A DNA stretch of 64,000 nucleotides from Candidatus Babeliales bacterium (GCA_040879965.1 JBBDJI010000013.1:367160-431159), one strand, 5' to 3'. Shown: positions 37,620-46,704, counted from the stretch's first letter. Notes: a model not told the origin generated them from the sequence alone. Program-made: numbers and translations.

Positions 37620-37763
37620 AGAAAATTTAATCATAAAGTTCTTGTTTGGATTTTTATTGGTCTTTTTATTGCGGCAGTGGTATACATTTTTTGGCAACGT
37701 TATACACCTACTCCCCCACCACAACCTTTGTTTGAAAATACTAAAGAAGCATTAGTTGATTAA
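37614..37763 (+). CDS. 49-aa single-pass membrane protein
   Basis: 'MHRKFNHKVLVWIFIGLFIAAVVYIFWQRYTPTPPPQPLFENTKEALVD'. Strong SD 'aaggag' 5 nt upstream. Confidence 0.45.
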   Translation: MHRKFNHKVLVWIFIGLFIAAVVYIFWQRYTPTPPPQPLFENTKEALVD

Positions 37764-37780
37764 AAAGGAGAATTTCAACA

Positions 37781-38236
37781 ATGTACTATTCTCATTTTTT
37801 TTTATTAGTACTATTTCCGCTTTGCTTACCATGCAAAAGTTGTTTTAAAATTCCAACCTCCCTCATCGATAACCCAACTTGTATAATTAATTTTGAAAAT
37901 TCTAATACTTTTCAACTAGAGCTTGAATCACAAGAATTACGTTCTGTAGATATATTAGAGCAATTAAATCTATCAGATTGCTGTGGAATTAATTTAGAAA
38001 ATAATGATATAATAACAATCGAACCATTAGCAAAGCTAAAGCCAAATGCGAGTAAAAAACTGCAGTATATTTTTTTAGCTCATAATCAAATTGTTAATAT
38101 CTCTTTAGAAACACTTATTGGATTATGCCATGCTTTTCCTGAATTAGCCGTACTAAACCTTGAGAATAACCCTATTCAAAATCCTGAATTAATTGATATA
38201 TTTAATGAGGAGCATGATATACAAATAACTTATTAA
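37781..38236 (+). CDS. leucine-rich repeat protein with a signal peptide
   Basis: LRR units 'LNLSDCCGINLENNDIITIEPLAKL', 'LQYIFLAHNQIVNISLETL' and 'LAVLNLENNPIQN'. Confidence 0.7.
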   Translation: MYYSHFFLLVLFPLCLPCKSCFKIPTSLIDNPTCIINFENSNTFQLELESQELRSVDILEQLNLSDCCGINLENNDIITIEPLAKLKPNASKKLQYIFLAHNQIVNISLETLIGLCHAFPELAVLNLENNPIQNPELIDIFNEEHDIQITY

Positions 38237-38250
38237 ATTGGTAATTTAGT

Positions 38251-39447
38251 ATGAATAATGAGCATTTAATTTTTATCCTTTATGATAGTATTACCAACTC
38301 AGTTTTTAATAGCCAAGTATTACAACCACTGATAAATCGAAAAAAAAAACAAAAAAAACTATGTATTACTATTGTCAGTTTTGAAAGGACTATACCTAGT
38401 AATACGCTACTTAATGCTATTACAGCGCATGACATTGAAATTAAAATTTTTAAACGGTATCCATTCTTCGGCTTTATCTCTTTAAAAAATTCCATAAAAA
38501 AACTCTATGAATACTTACTCGATAAAGAAGTGTATACGTTAACTGCTCGCGGACCTCAGGCGGCTTTCATTAGCTTCAAATCATTAAATCAGGGCAATTG
38601 CAAGCAATTCACCATACAGGCACGTGGCTTGTTAACTGAAGAATTTATGTATCAACATCAAACATTACCTGCAAATAAATATTATCGCTGGTTTATAAAA
38701 TTACGCAAAAAACATATACGCAACCTTGAAGATTTTATTTATAATAATGATGTTCTAAAAACTTTAGAAATGCCAGCAATTATTGAAGCAGTGAGTCCCG
38801 CCCTTAGGGAATATTTAATACGACATTATACAATCGAACCATCACGAATTACTATCGCTACAAACGATATTCCTAAGTTTCTTACAAAACAACAAAAAGC
38901 ATTATATGCCAATGAAATTCGCACTAAATTAGGCATTAGCTCTCATGCATTTGTATATTGTTATAATGGCTCAATAAAACCGTGGCAGTGTCCGGAAAAA
39001 ATCATTGATTTTTTTAAAGCGGAACAAGTCATTAAAAAAAATTGTTTTTTACTTGTGCTGACACAAAATAAAAATGAATTTAAAAAACTTCTTAAAAAGG
39101 CTGGATTAGATCCTGCATCTTACTATGTATGTTTTGTTTCTCATGAAGAAATTTATCGATACCTTGCAGCGTGCGATGTAGGATTATTATTCCGGGAACA
39201 TAACATTATTAATTGGATTTCACGCCCAACTAAAGCGCTGGAATATCATGCGGCAGGATTGCCGATTATTCATAATAATTCGGTTGCTATTGCCCAATAT
39301 TTATCAACGCCAAAACTTTATAGCAACAAACCGGCAATCATTGCTGATAATAAATTAGACAATGAACTTCCAAGTACCGTTAATAAACCAAATTCGCATA
39401 ACCATTGCCGTTTTTCTGGCACTAAAGCTCCAATGCCGCCAATTTGA
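38251..39447 (+). CDS. GT-B fold glycosyltransferase (GT4-like)
   Basis: The C-terminal half 'CDVGLLFRE...SRPTKALEYHAAGLPIIHNN' resembles the E-x7-E region of retaining GT-B enzymes. The last ~130 nt overlap the convergent nupC. Confidence 0.55.
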   Translation: MNNEHLIFILYDSITNSVFNSQVLQPLINRKKKQKKLCITIVSFERTIPSNTLLNAITAHDIEIKIFKRYPFFGFISLKNSIKKLYEYLLDKEVYTLTARGPQAAFISFKSLNQGNCKQFTIQARGLLTEEFMYQHQTLPANKYYRWFIKLRKKHIRNLEDFIYNNDVLKTLEMPAIIEAVSPALREYLIRHYTIEPSRITIATNDIPKFLTKQQKALYANEIRTKLGISSHAFVYCYNGSIKPWQCPEKIIDFFKAEQVIKKNCFLLVLTQNKNEFKKLLKKAGLDPASYYVCFVSHEEIYRYLAACDVGLLFREHNIINWISRPTKALEYHAAGLPIIHNNSVAIAQYLSTPKLYSNKPAIIADNKLDNELPSTVNKPNSHNHCRFSGTKAPMPPI

Positions 39448-40589
39448 ATTCCAATACAAGAAAAATTCGAAAACCCACATAATGCATAGGTAAGTATTGA
39501 TATAGCACGTTCTGATAAATGCATATCAAGCATTTGTGCATAAGCTACCAATTCGTTCACCGTAACTTTTATACCTAATAATTCTCCGGCCTTCAATGCT
39601 TCCGTACCAGTAAAACCAAGTAAATAACCAAATGGCGCAAATAAATAAGAAAAAATGATAGAAAGATTTAATGTCGGTAATTGAAATGGAATCGCTACAT
39701 AAGCTAATCCAGCATTTATATAAATTGCAATTTGTTCCAGACTCAAATTTACTAACGCAAGAAGCGATAAAAATGAAATTAACATCGCCCCAACATTAAG
39801 TGCTAAATATAAACCATCAGTGGTACCGGTAGAAATTGCATCAAAAATATTTTTAGTTTCTCCTTCATATTCAATCTGAACATTCGTACCAGTATGTGTC
39901 TCCTCAGTTTCTGGATATAAAATTTTAGCAATCAAAATAGTACCGGGAATTGCCATAACACTTGCAGATAAAAGATGCTCGGCCGGTACACCCATCGCTG
40001 CAAATACTGCAAGAATTGCACCGCTTATTGTACCCATACCACTAATCATTACCACCAATAATTCCGAACGCGTCATATTTTTTAAATAGTTACGAATTAA
40101 TAATGGCGCTTCTGTTTGACCCAAAAAACTATTTGCAATCGCACATAAGGTTTCTGCACCAGAAGTTCCTAAAACAGGGCGCACCAATAAACTGACAGCA
40201 TATACACATTTTTGTACAATACCCCAATGAAATAACAAGGCCATCAGCGCACCAAAAAAAATAATGATCGGTAATACCTTAATAGCAAAAATAAAGCCCC
40301 ACGGTGTATTAGCGTTTGCTAAATTACCAAATAAAAACGACGCTCCTTGATCAGCGCAGACATATAATTTTTTCACCACTTCGGCAACTGCGGCAATAAT
40401 ACTATGGCCAATAGTAGTGCGAAGCACAAGATAAGCTAAAACAAACTGTAAAATTAATCCATTAACAATAAGTTTATAATTAATTGCAGCACGTTTGCGA
40501 GAAAATAATATTGCAATAAATAAGATGAAAAAAATTCCGATAAGATTACAATAGCGATTATATTCCAATAAATACTGATACCATGTCAT
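39318..40589 (-). CDS. nupC: NupC/CNT-family nucleoside transporter
   Basis: 'GTSGAETLCAIANSFLGQTEAPLLIR' and 'GFSNFSCIGIQIGGIG'. The start is moved to ATG 40589 ('MTWYQYLLEYNRY...'), because the upstream 56 codons are non-membrane and low-complexity. Confidence 0.8.
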   Translation of the reverse strand: MTWYQYLLEYNRYCNLIGIFFILFIAILFSRKRAAINYKLIVNGLILQFVLAYLVLRTTIGHSIIAAVAEVVKKLYVCADQGASFLFGNLANANTPWGFIFAIKVLPIIIFFGALMALLFHWGIVQKCVYAVSLLVRPVLGTSGAETLCAIANSFLGQTEAPLLIRNYLKNMTRSELLVVMISGMGTISGAILAVFAAMGVPAEHLLSASVMAIPGTILIAKILYPETEETHTGTNVQIEYEGETKNIFDAISTGTTDGLYLALNVGAMLISFLSLLALVNLSLEQIAIYINAGLAYVAIPFQLPTLNLSIIFSYLFAPFGYLLGFTGTEALKAGELLGIKVTVNELVAYAQMLDMHLSERAISILTYALCGFSNFSCIGIQIGGIGALVPEKRQWLCEFGLLTVLGSSLSNLLSAMIAGLLL

Positions 40590-40780
40590 TGCAAAATCCT
40601 TTTGAAGAATATGGTTAAATTTTGATTGTCCTTTAGTATAAACAAAAAAAACATTACGCCAAATGAATTTTTTGTATTTTTGCCAATTTCTTTCAAATTG
40701 ATTATTTCTATAAAAAAGAGTAAAATAAAAATAGCATACATGGAGGAATCTAAACAAACCCTAATAAATTACAATCTGAA

Positions 40781-41686
40781 ATGAATATATTAAAATTAAT
40801 CATAATCTTTTTATTATTGCCTCTTGCTATATGGGCAAGCCCTCAAAAGGAAGCTTCAGAGCAACTGAATCAATTCTTACCCTTCCTTTATACAACTACT
40901 ATCGGCTCTGCGATACGCTCAGTTATTATAAAGCCATGGTTTTCTAATGTTGCAGGATGGTATGCGGATAGCAGATTAAGCAAAATACATATTCCATCAT
41001 TTATTAAAAAATACTCTATTAATATGCACGAAACAGTAAAGCCTAATTATAAAAAATATAACTCATTCAATGATTTTTTTACCCGTAAACTAAACCCAAA
41101 AGCACGGCCAATAAACTCTGAACAAAATTCGATAGTCTCTCCTGCTGATGGACAGATTTACATTGTGCAAAATATTCAACAAAAAACAAAATTTCCGGTA
41201 AAAGGAAAACAATTTGACTTAATAGCTTTTTTAAAAAATAAAGAACTCGCTCAACAATTCTATGGTGGCACACTGGCTGTTATTTATTTGGCACCATGGG
41301 ATTATCATCGCTTTCATTTTCCTTTTAATGCTATTCCTTCTCATGCTCAATCAATCACTGGTAAATTTGAATCAGTCAGTCCATTTGTTTTTTCTTTTTT
41401 ACAGCCATTACAAGAAAATGAACGTCAACTTATAATGTTAAAAACAACTAACAATAAAGATATTGCATTTGTTGCCGTCGGGGCATTGTGTGTAGGAAGA
41501 ATTACGCAAACATATACGCCTTTTAAGCAATATAAAAAAGGTGAAGAAGCTGGGTATTTTTCATTTGGTGGTTCAACCGTTGTATTACTTTTCCCGCCTA
41601 GTACTATCAAAATTAATGATGCAATACCATTGCAAACATTTGCTCCAATCAAAATGGGCAAAAAAATTGGTTCCATGATTGATTAA
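40781..41686 (+). CDS. psd: phosphatidylserine decarboxylase proenzyme
   Basis: 'LAPWDYHRFHFP' and the self-cleavage region 'YFSFGGSTVVLLF'. Confidence 0.85.
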   Translation: MNILKLIIIFLLLPLAIWASPQKEASEQLNQFLPFLYTTTIGSAIRSVIIKPWFSNVAGWYADSRLSKIHIPSFIKKYSINMHETVKPNYKKYNSFNDFFTRKLNPKARPINSEQNSIVSPADGQIYIVQNIQQKTKFPVKGKQFDLIAFLKNKELAQQFYGGTLAVIYLAPWDYHRFHFPFNAIPSHAQSITGKFESVSPFVFSFLQPLQENERQLIMLKTTNNKDIAFVAVGALCVGRITQTYTPFKQYKKGEEAGYFSFGGSTVVLLFPPSTIKINDAIPLQTFAPIKMGKKIGSMID

Positions 41687-41887
41687 AAACATTTAATGTC
41701 ATAATTTATTTATTTTTTTTCTATCTTATACGAAAAAACTTTTTTAAAGAAAAATAAAGCCTACTTAGATATGAATAAATTTTTCTATCATAATTGATAA
41801 TGATTTACTTGAACTTTTTTTAAAATAGTAGTAAAAATAATAACCATTCATATTAGTTTACTAACATATTAACCAAAAAGGTGATTC

Positions 41888-42424
41888 ATGAACAAACCGA
41901 TCAACACATTCTCTTTATTACTTTTACTTGTTACTTCAAGTGCATTTGCAAATGTACCTGATCGCAACTTTTTCAAAAACTCAGAAAATTTTAAAAACTT
42001 TACCAACGATGTCATTGAAGAATTGACAAAATTAGATAAAGAAACAGAATTGAGTAAAAGTACATTAGAAAATAAAAATAATCCTTTAAAATTAGTAAGA
42101 ATTTTAGGATTATCCGGCATTGGTACATTTATTGCCAATATTTTTAGAAGTAGTGAATTTGATACAGTAAGAGTAGAAAACCTTAAAAAACAGTTAGAAA
42201 CTACGGAGCATGCATTATTTGAATTTCTACCAACTGTAGCAAATAATGATGATTTAAAAGTCCTTTATTTAGCGATTATTGCTGGAAAAGTAAAAAAAGC
42301 TGAAGAAATTAGAGAATCAATACTTTCTAAATCAAGAAATCGTACTAAACTTGAAGAAAAACTTGAACAAAAAATTAATGAAATTAATACACCAGAAAAT
42401 GTAGAAGATACTTCTGCTTGTTAA
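41888..42424 (+). CDS. hypothetical secreted coiled-coil protein
   Basis: Signal peptide 'MNKPINTFSLLLLLVTSSAFA'. The remainder is charged and helical. Confidence 0.55.
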   Translation: MNKPINTFSLLLLLVTSSAFANVPDRNFFKNSENFKNFTNDVIEELTKLDKETELSKSTLENKNNPLKLVRILGLSGIGTFIANIFRSSEFDTVRVENLKKQLETTEHALFEFLPTVANNDDLKVLYLAIIAGKVKKAEEIRESILSKSRNRTKLEEKLEQKINEINTPENVEDTSAC

Positions 42425-42442
42425 TTAGTTGATAAACAAAAT

Positions 42443-42472
42443 AAAAAAGGGAGCTTTTTAGCTCCCTTTTTT
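42443..42472. terminator. bidirectional rho-independent terminator
   Basis: A-run, then gggagc (42449-42454) / gctccc (42461-42466), then a T-run. It sits between convergent genes. Confidence 0.8.
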
Positions 42473-42494
42473 ATGGTCAAATAAATAATTTTTT

Positions 42495-43559
42495 TTAAAT
42501 TGTTGCTTTCTTCCTACGTTCTTCACGATCAAAAGCCATAAGCGCTTCAATAATTTCATCAAGCTCACCTTGCATTACCATATCAAGTTTTTTAAGCGTC
42601 ACATTAACTTGATGATCAGTAACTCGATTTTGAGGAAAATTATATGTACGCACTTTTTCTGATCGCATACCGGTACCAACCATTTCTTTACGTTCTTTAC
42701 TTACTTGCGCTTCGTGTTTTTCTTGCTGGACAGCAAAAAGACGAGATTGTAACATCTTCATCGCTTTTGCTTTATTTTTATGCTGAGAACGTTCTTCTTG
42801 GCAGGCAACCACTACTCCAGTTGGAATATGAGTAATTCGTACAGCAGAATCAGTTTTATTAACATGCTGTCCGCCCGCACCACTGGCACGATAAGTATCA
42901 ATACGTAAATCTTGAGGATTAATTGAAATATCAACTTCTTTTGCTTCAGGCAATACGGCTACTGTAGCAGTTGATGTATGAACACGGCCAGAAGTTTCTG
43001 TTTTAGGTACTCTTTGTACCCGATGCACACCAGCCTCTCTTTTGAGATGGCCAAAAACTTTTTTTCCTTGAATATGGAGAACTGCTTCTCGAATACCACC
43101 CAAATCGGTCTGGCTCGTATCCACCAAAGAAACTTGCCAACCTTTTTCTAATGCATAAGTTGTATACATTTTAGTTAAATCAGCCGCAAATAAAGCCGCT
43201 TCTGCACCACCAGTACCAGCCCGAATTTCTAAAAAAACTGAGCGGTTATCGCGATCATCAGGCGGATACAAAATATCATCAAGTTCCGCTTGGCATTTTG
43301 CTTGTTTTACTTGCAATGCTTCAAGTTCTTCTTGATACAATGCTTCTAATTCAGGATCACTTATTGATTCTAATTCTTGAGTAGTTTGCGTAATAACGGC
43401 ATCTAAATGTTCCAAAGTTTGTTTATGCTCAAGCAATTCAGATAAACGCGCTGCCTCTTTTTGCAACTCAGATCGCTTTGCTACTTCAAGTGCCGGTGCT
43501 ACCAATTGTTGATTTATCGAATTAAATCGATCTTTTAATTCTATCCAATCAATTGCCAT
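42495..43559 (-). CDS. prfA: peptide chain release factor 1
   Basis: GGQ block 'GAGGQHVNKTDSAVRITHIPTG' and an RF1-type P-x-T region 'RVQRVPKTETSGRVHTS'. No frameshift. Confidence 0.93.
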   Translation of the reverse strand: MAIDWIELKDRFNSINQQLVAPALEVAKRSELQKEAARLSELLEHKQTLEHLDAVITQTTQELESISDPELEALYQEELEALQVKQAKCQAELDDILYPPDDRDNRSVFLEIRAGTGGAEAALFAADLTKMYTTYALEKGWQVSLVDTSQTDLGGIREAVLHIQGKKVFGHLKREAGVHRVQRVPKTETSGRVHTSTATVAVLPEAKEVDISINPQDLRIDTYRASGAGGQHVNKTDSAVRITHIPTGVVVACQEERSQHKNKAKAMKMLQSRLFAVQQEKHEAQVSKERKEMVGTGMRSEKVRTYNFPQNRVTDHQVNVTLKKLDMVMQGELDEIIEALMAFDREERRKKATI

Positions 43560-43562
43560 AAA

Positions 43563-43775
43563 TTATGCGGCTTTTGCTGGTTTTTTGTAACGTTTTTCAA
43601 ATTTTTCAATACGCCCAGCAGTATCAACAAATTTTTGATCCCCTGTAAAAAATGGATGACATTTGTAACAGATGGTTGTTTTTAATTCTTCTTGAGTAGA
43701 GCGTGTTTTGAAGGTGTTACCACAAGTGCAACGAGCTTCAACCTCAAATAATTCTGGATGAATATTTTGTTTCAT
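43563..43775 (-). CDS. rpmE: 50S ribosomal protein L31 (Zn-binding type)
   Basis: 'MKQNIHPE', 'CTCGN', '[10 protein letters not shown]'. Confidence 0.95.
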   Translation of the reverse strand: MKQNIHPELFEVEARCTCGNTFKTRSTQEELKTTICYKCHPFFTGDQKFVDTAGRIEKFEKRYKKPAKAA

Positions 43776-43908
43776 AAAACTCCTAAAATTTATTAATAGT
43801 AATTTTCTAAGGTTAATTTCTAATAAAAGTATTGCCTAAAATAGGTTTTTTGTAAAGCAAAACATCTCTTTAAAGCGCTCAGAGAATCTTTTTATCTAAA
43901 ATTTATCT

Positions 43909-46401
43909 TCAATTTTTAAGTCTTTTAATAGGCAATTCATTTTCATCTGTTACAAAAACACCTAGTTCTTCCTTGTTTTGAATCGGCCCTGGCGTTTTTT
44001 TAGTAATTTTAGGCTTTGTTTCTTCAATTTTTCTTTTTCCGCTTTCTTCTTTTTCATTGTTATTACAAGCTGCTACGATATTATTACTATTATGAACGTT
44101 ATTATTATTGTTTGTTCTGCGTTCAATAGTTACTGAAAGTGGTGTTTCGATTGAAAGAAGATTATTATAAGTAGGTCGTTCCCATGGCTGCGTAGGATTA
44201 TAAACTGGCCTTACGCCAACAACAATACCATTTGGCACTATATCAAAAGCTTCATAATTAAAAAAATATTCTACTTTTGCGCCCGAAAAACCCTCTGTAT
44301 TTGCTGTTTGAATATGTTTTTTGCCTTTGATAATAATCTCACTTTCATCTTCATTGAATAATATTTTTTCAATAGGAAAAAAACAAATATTACGTTGCAA
44401 AGTTTTGTCTTGCTTAAAAGTTTTCCTTATCAATGCATCAGCATCAAAATCCCAGCATATCAATTCATTTTTTGGTGTTATACCGATAACACATTTGTTT
44501 TTTGTTCCTATCGCTATTGAAACAAAAGAATACTTTTCGATGCTACAAGTTTTATAATATTGATATTTACCATCTTTATTTTGATAGAGCAAAATATTTT
44601 GTCCTTTATAAATTGCCAAAAACTGTCCATCTTTACTTAATACAACCCCACGAGAAGATCCTATATCATCAGGCAAAGGAATCTCATATAATTTTTTGCC
44701 ATCAATTCTGGTGTCATTAAATCCCCAAAAACTAATTGTTTTTTCTGTCAAAATGATTACTGATTGACCATTCTTATCATGTAAATGTGCTAAATAGGTA
44801 TAATCAGAAATCGGTACACCAACTAGAAATTGGTGGCATTTAACATTATTTTTACTGTTAAATAGATATAATGTTTTATAATCCCCATTATTTCCTGTTG
44901 CTGCTAGATAATCATCATTAAAAAATTTTAACGATCTGCAAGACCTCAAATTATGAATCATTGAGTGTCTTTTACTACCATATTGGCCACTCTTAAACAT
45001 TTGCCATAAATTTTCAGAAAATACTTCTATCATATTCTTTTTTGAACTAAAAGCATAAGATATACCATTTGGGCCACAAGAAACTGTATATGAACTATCT
45101 GACACGCCATAACCTCTGTAATCAGTCCATGTTTGATCAGACTTTATATCGTGCTTTTCCCTATTCTTCATAATTTTTTGATATAGACCAGGGCTTAATT
45201 CATATTGTGCTAAATTATTTTCGCCATTTTTTATTTTATTAACAAGAACTCGAAAAATTATATCTTGAACAGAAGGCAAATTAAAATATTCTGCTAAATA
45301 ACTCATCGATTTCAATTCTTGCATTGAATAATCTATATTATTAGTGTTGATTTTATTTATATAAAAACTTTTTAAATCTTGACTATTATTAAATTTATAC
45401 TCTAACTCTAGAAGATTGATTAATCTGCGAACTAAAACACCTGAAAGGTCTAAATAAATTACTGCATCTGTTTGATTATCAAATAACATATCTTGGATTG
45501 TTTTGCTTTGCATAACTAAATTTTTTGAGCAAGCCAATTTTGTATCATCGCTAGCTATTAAAAACACATTTTCTGATATTAATTCTGTTATTTTTTCAAG
45601 ATCCATATAATTCGCTATATTGCGTATTGTTTCTTGCTCATCTGTAGGCATTTGCGCATAAGATTTAATAAATGTTGTTTTAAGTTGAATTAATTGTTCA
45701 GACTTTTCTGCATTATTTTCAATGCCTTTTATATATGCTTGAAACATGACCAAAAATAGAAAATATTGCCATCGATCAGTATTGATATTCGGTACATAGA
45801 TGGGTTGCGGACTCTGCATCATATTACAAAGAGTTTTACTTTGTAATGCATACTTTGTATGTAATATAAAATTGTTATTATTTTCACCCTGGATGAGAAT
45901 CATTTGCTCAAGAATATTTTGTACATCATTTAATTGAAACTCATTGGCGACATTTTTAAGATAAGTCATATTTTCTGGAGTATAATATTCTTCAGCATAA
46001 TCGAATTCATTTTGATTTTTATAAAAAAGATGATCGGTTTTAAATGAGCCAAAATTTTTTAACTTCTGAGTAGTATTCTTATTTAATTTAATCTTTTGCA
46101 ATTTTTCAATGAAGTTATCTTTAAGCAATTGCTTTTTGCGTTCATCAGCCTCATTGAATGCTTTCTGTTTTTCAAGTAATGAGGCAAAAATATCTAATTT
46201 TTGAGGTGAGTCGATTTCTGGCATTTCAATAGTCTCATTTTTATATTTTTCTGCCATATCAGAAAGAATCTTGTTCGATTTAACCAAATTTTTATCAAAC
46301 GATACTTCTTCATCATATCCGGTAATTATATGCATTGCCTGGATTGGTAGAAAAAAAGCAAAAACTATCGTAATTATAAGAGAATAAAGAAACTTCATCA
46401 T
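43909..46401 (-). CDS. secreted protein with three tandem BTB/Skp1-like modules, a WD40-like beta-propeller and a basic NLS-like tail
   Basis: Leader 'FAFFLPIQA|MH'. Three modules pair an 'S..I..M...P..' block with an 'A.Y..L' block (e.g. 'LIASDDTKLACSKNLVMQSKTIQDML...IYLDLSGVLVRRLINLLE' with 'YLAEYFNLPSVQDIIFRVL'). Propeller-like 'VVLSKDGQFLAIYKGQNILLYQ'. Tail 'GKRKIEETKPKITKK...PIKRLKN'. Confidence 0.6.
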   Translation of the reverse strand: MMKFLYSLIITIVFAFFLPIQAMHIITGYDEEVSFDKNLVKSNKILSDMAEKYKNETIEMPEIDSPQKLDIFASLLEKQKAFNEADERKKQLLKDNFIEKLQKIKLNKNTTQKLKNFGSFKTDHLFYKNQNEFDYAEEYYTPENMTYLKNVANEFQLNDVQNILEQMILIQGENNNNFILHTKYALQSKTLCNMMQSPQPIYVPNINTDRWQYFLFLVMFQAYIKGIENNAEKSEQLIQLKTTFIKSYAQMPTDEQETIRNIANYMDLEKITELISENVFLIASDDTKLACSKNLVMQSKTIQDMLFDNQTDAVIYLDLSGVLVRRLINLLELEYKFNNSQDLKSFYINKINTNNIDYSMQELKSMSYLAEYFNLPSVQDIIFRVLVNKIKNGENNLAQYELSPGLYQKIMKNREKHDIKSDQTWTDYRGYGVSDSSYTVSCGPNGISYAFSSKKNMIEVFSENLWQMFKSGQYGSKRHSMIHNLRSCRSLKFFNDDYLAATGNNGDYKTLYLFNSKNNVKCHQFLVGVPISDYTYLAHLHDKNGQSVIILTEKTISFWGFNDTRIDGKKLYEIPLPDDIGSSRGVVLSKDGQFLAIYKGQNILLYQNKDGKYQYYKTCSIEKYSFVSIAIGTKNKCVIGITPKNELICWDFDADALIRKTFKQDKTLQRNICFFPIEKILFNEDESEIIIKGKKHIQTANTEGFSGAKVEYFFNYEAFDIVPNGIVVGVRPVYNPTQPWERPTYNNLLSIETPLSVTIERRTNNNNNVHNSNNIVAACNNNEKEESGKRKIEETKPKITKKTPGPIQNKEELGVFVTDENELPIKRLKN

Positions 46402-46407
46402 TGTTGC

Positions 46408-46451
46408 CCTAAAATAGAATAAAATTGCAAGTATTTATTTTCTATTTTAGG
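46408..46451 (-). promoter_or_regulatory. 12-bp perfect inverted repeat in the 5' leader of the 830-aa gene
   Basis: cctaaaatagaa (46408-46419) / ttctattttagg (46440-46451). The arm next to the start codon covers the likely SD ('taggg', about 7 nt before the ATG). Confidence 0.35.
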
Positions 46452-46704
46452 CAATAAATTCAAATTGTCAACCAAACTATAGTTTCTTTTCACCCTAAAA
46501 ACGAGCTTAAGCGGGATAATTAGAGGGAAAAGTAGAAGATTATATAGACTTAGGTTTATTGGCAATTCAATTAAGAAATTATTTTAATTAAAATGGGCTT
46601 ATGTTTGCTAAGAAAACAATCAAAAGCCATTTTATATGAAGAAAAAGTATTATTCCAATATTTTCTAATATCTTCTGTTTTTAAAATGATATTAAAAAAT
46701 CACT

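Noticed and set aside
40590-40757. 56-codon N-terminal extension of nupC ('MFRFLHVCYFYFTLFYRNNQFERNW...').
   Set aside because: It is Phe/Tyr/Asn-rich translation of AT-rich promoter DNA. NupC-type proteins start at the 'MTWYQYL...' position.
42495-43559. Checked the release factor gene for the programmed +1 frameshift, and looked at its unusual 'PKT' tripeptide.
   Set aside because: The ORF is uninterrupted and RF1-like throughout. The frameshift is a feature of prfB, not prfA. 'P-K-T' still fits the RF1 P-x-T recognition motif, so nothing abnormal can be claimed from sequence alone.
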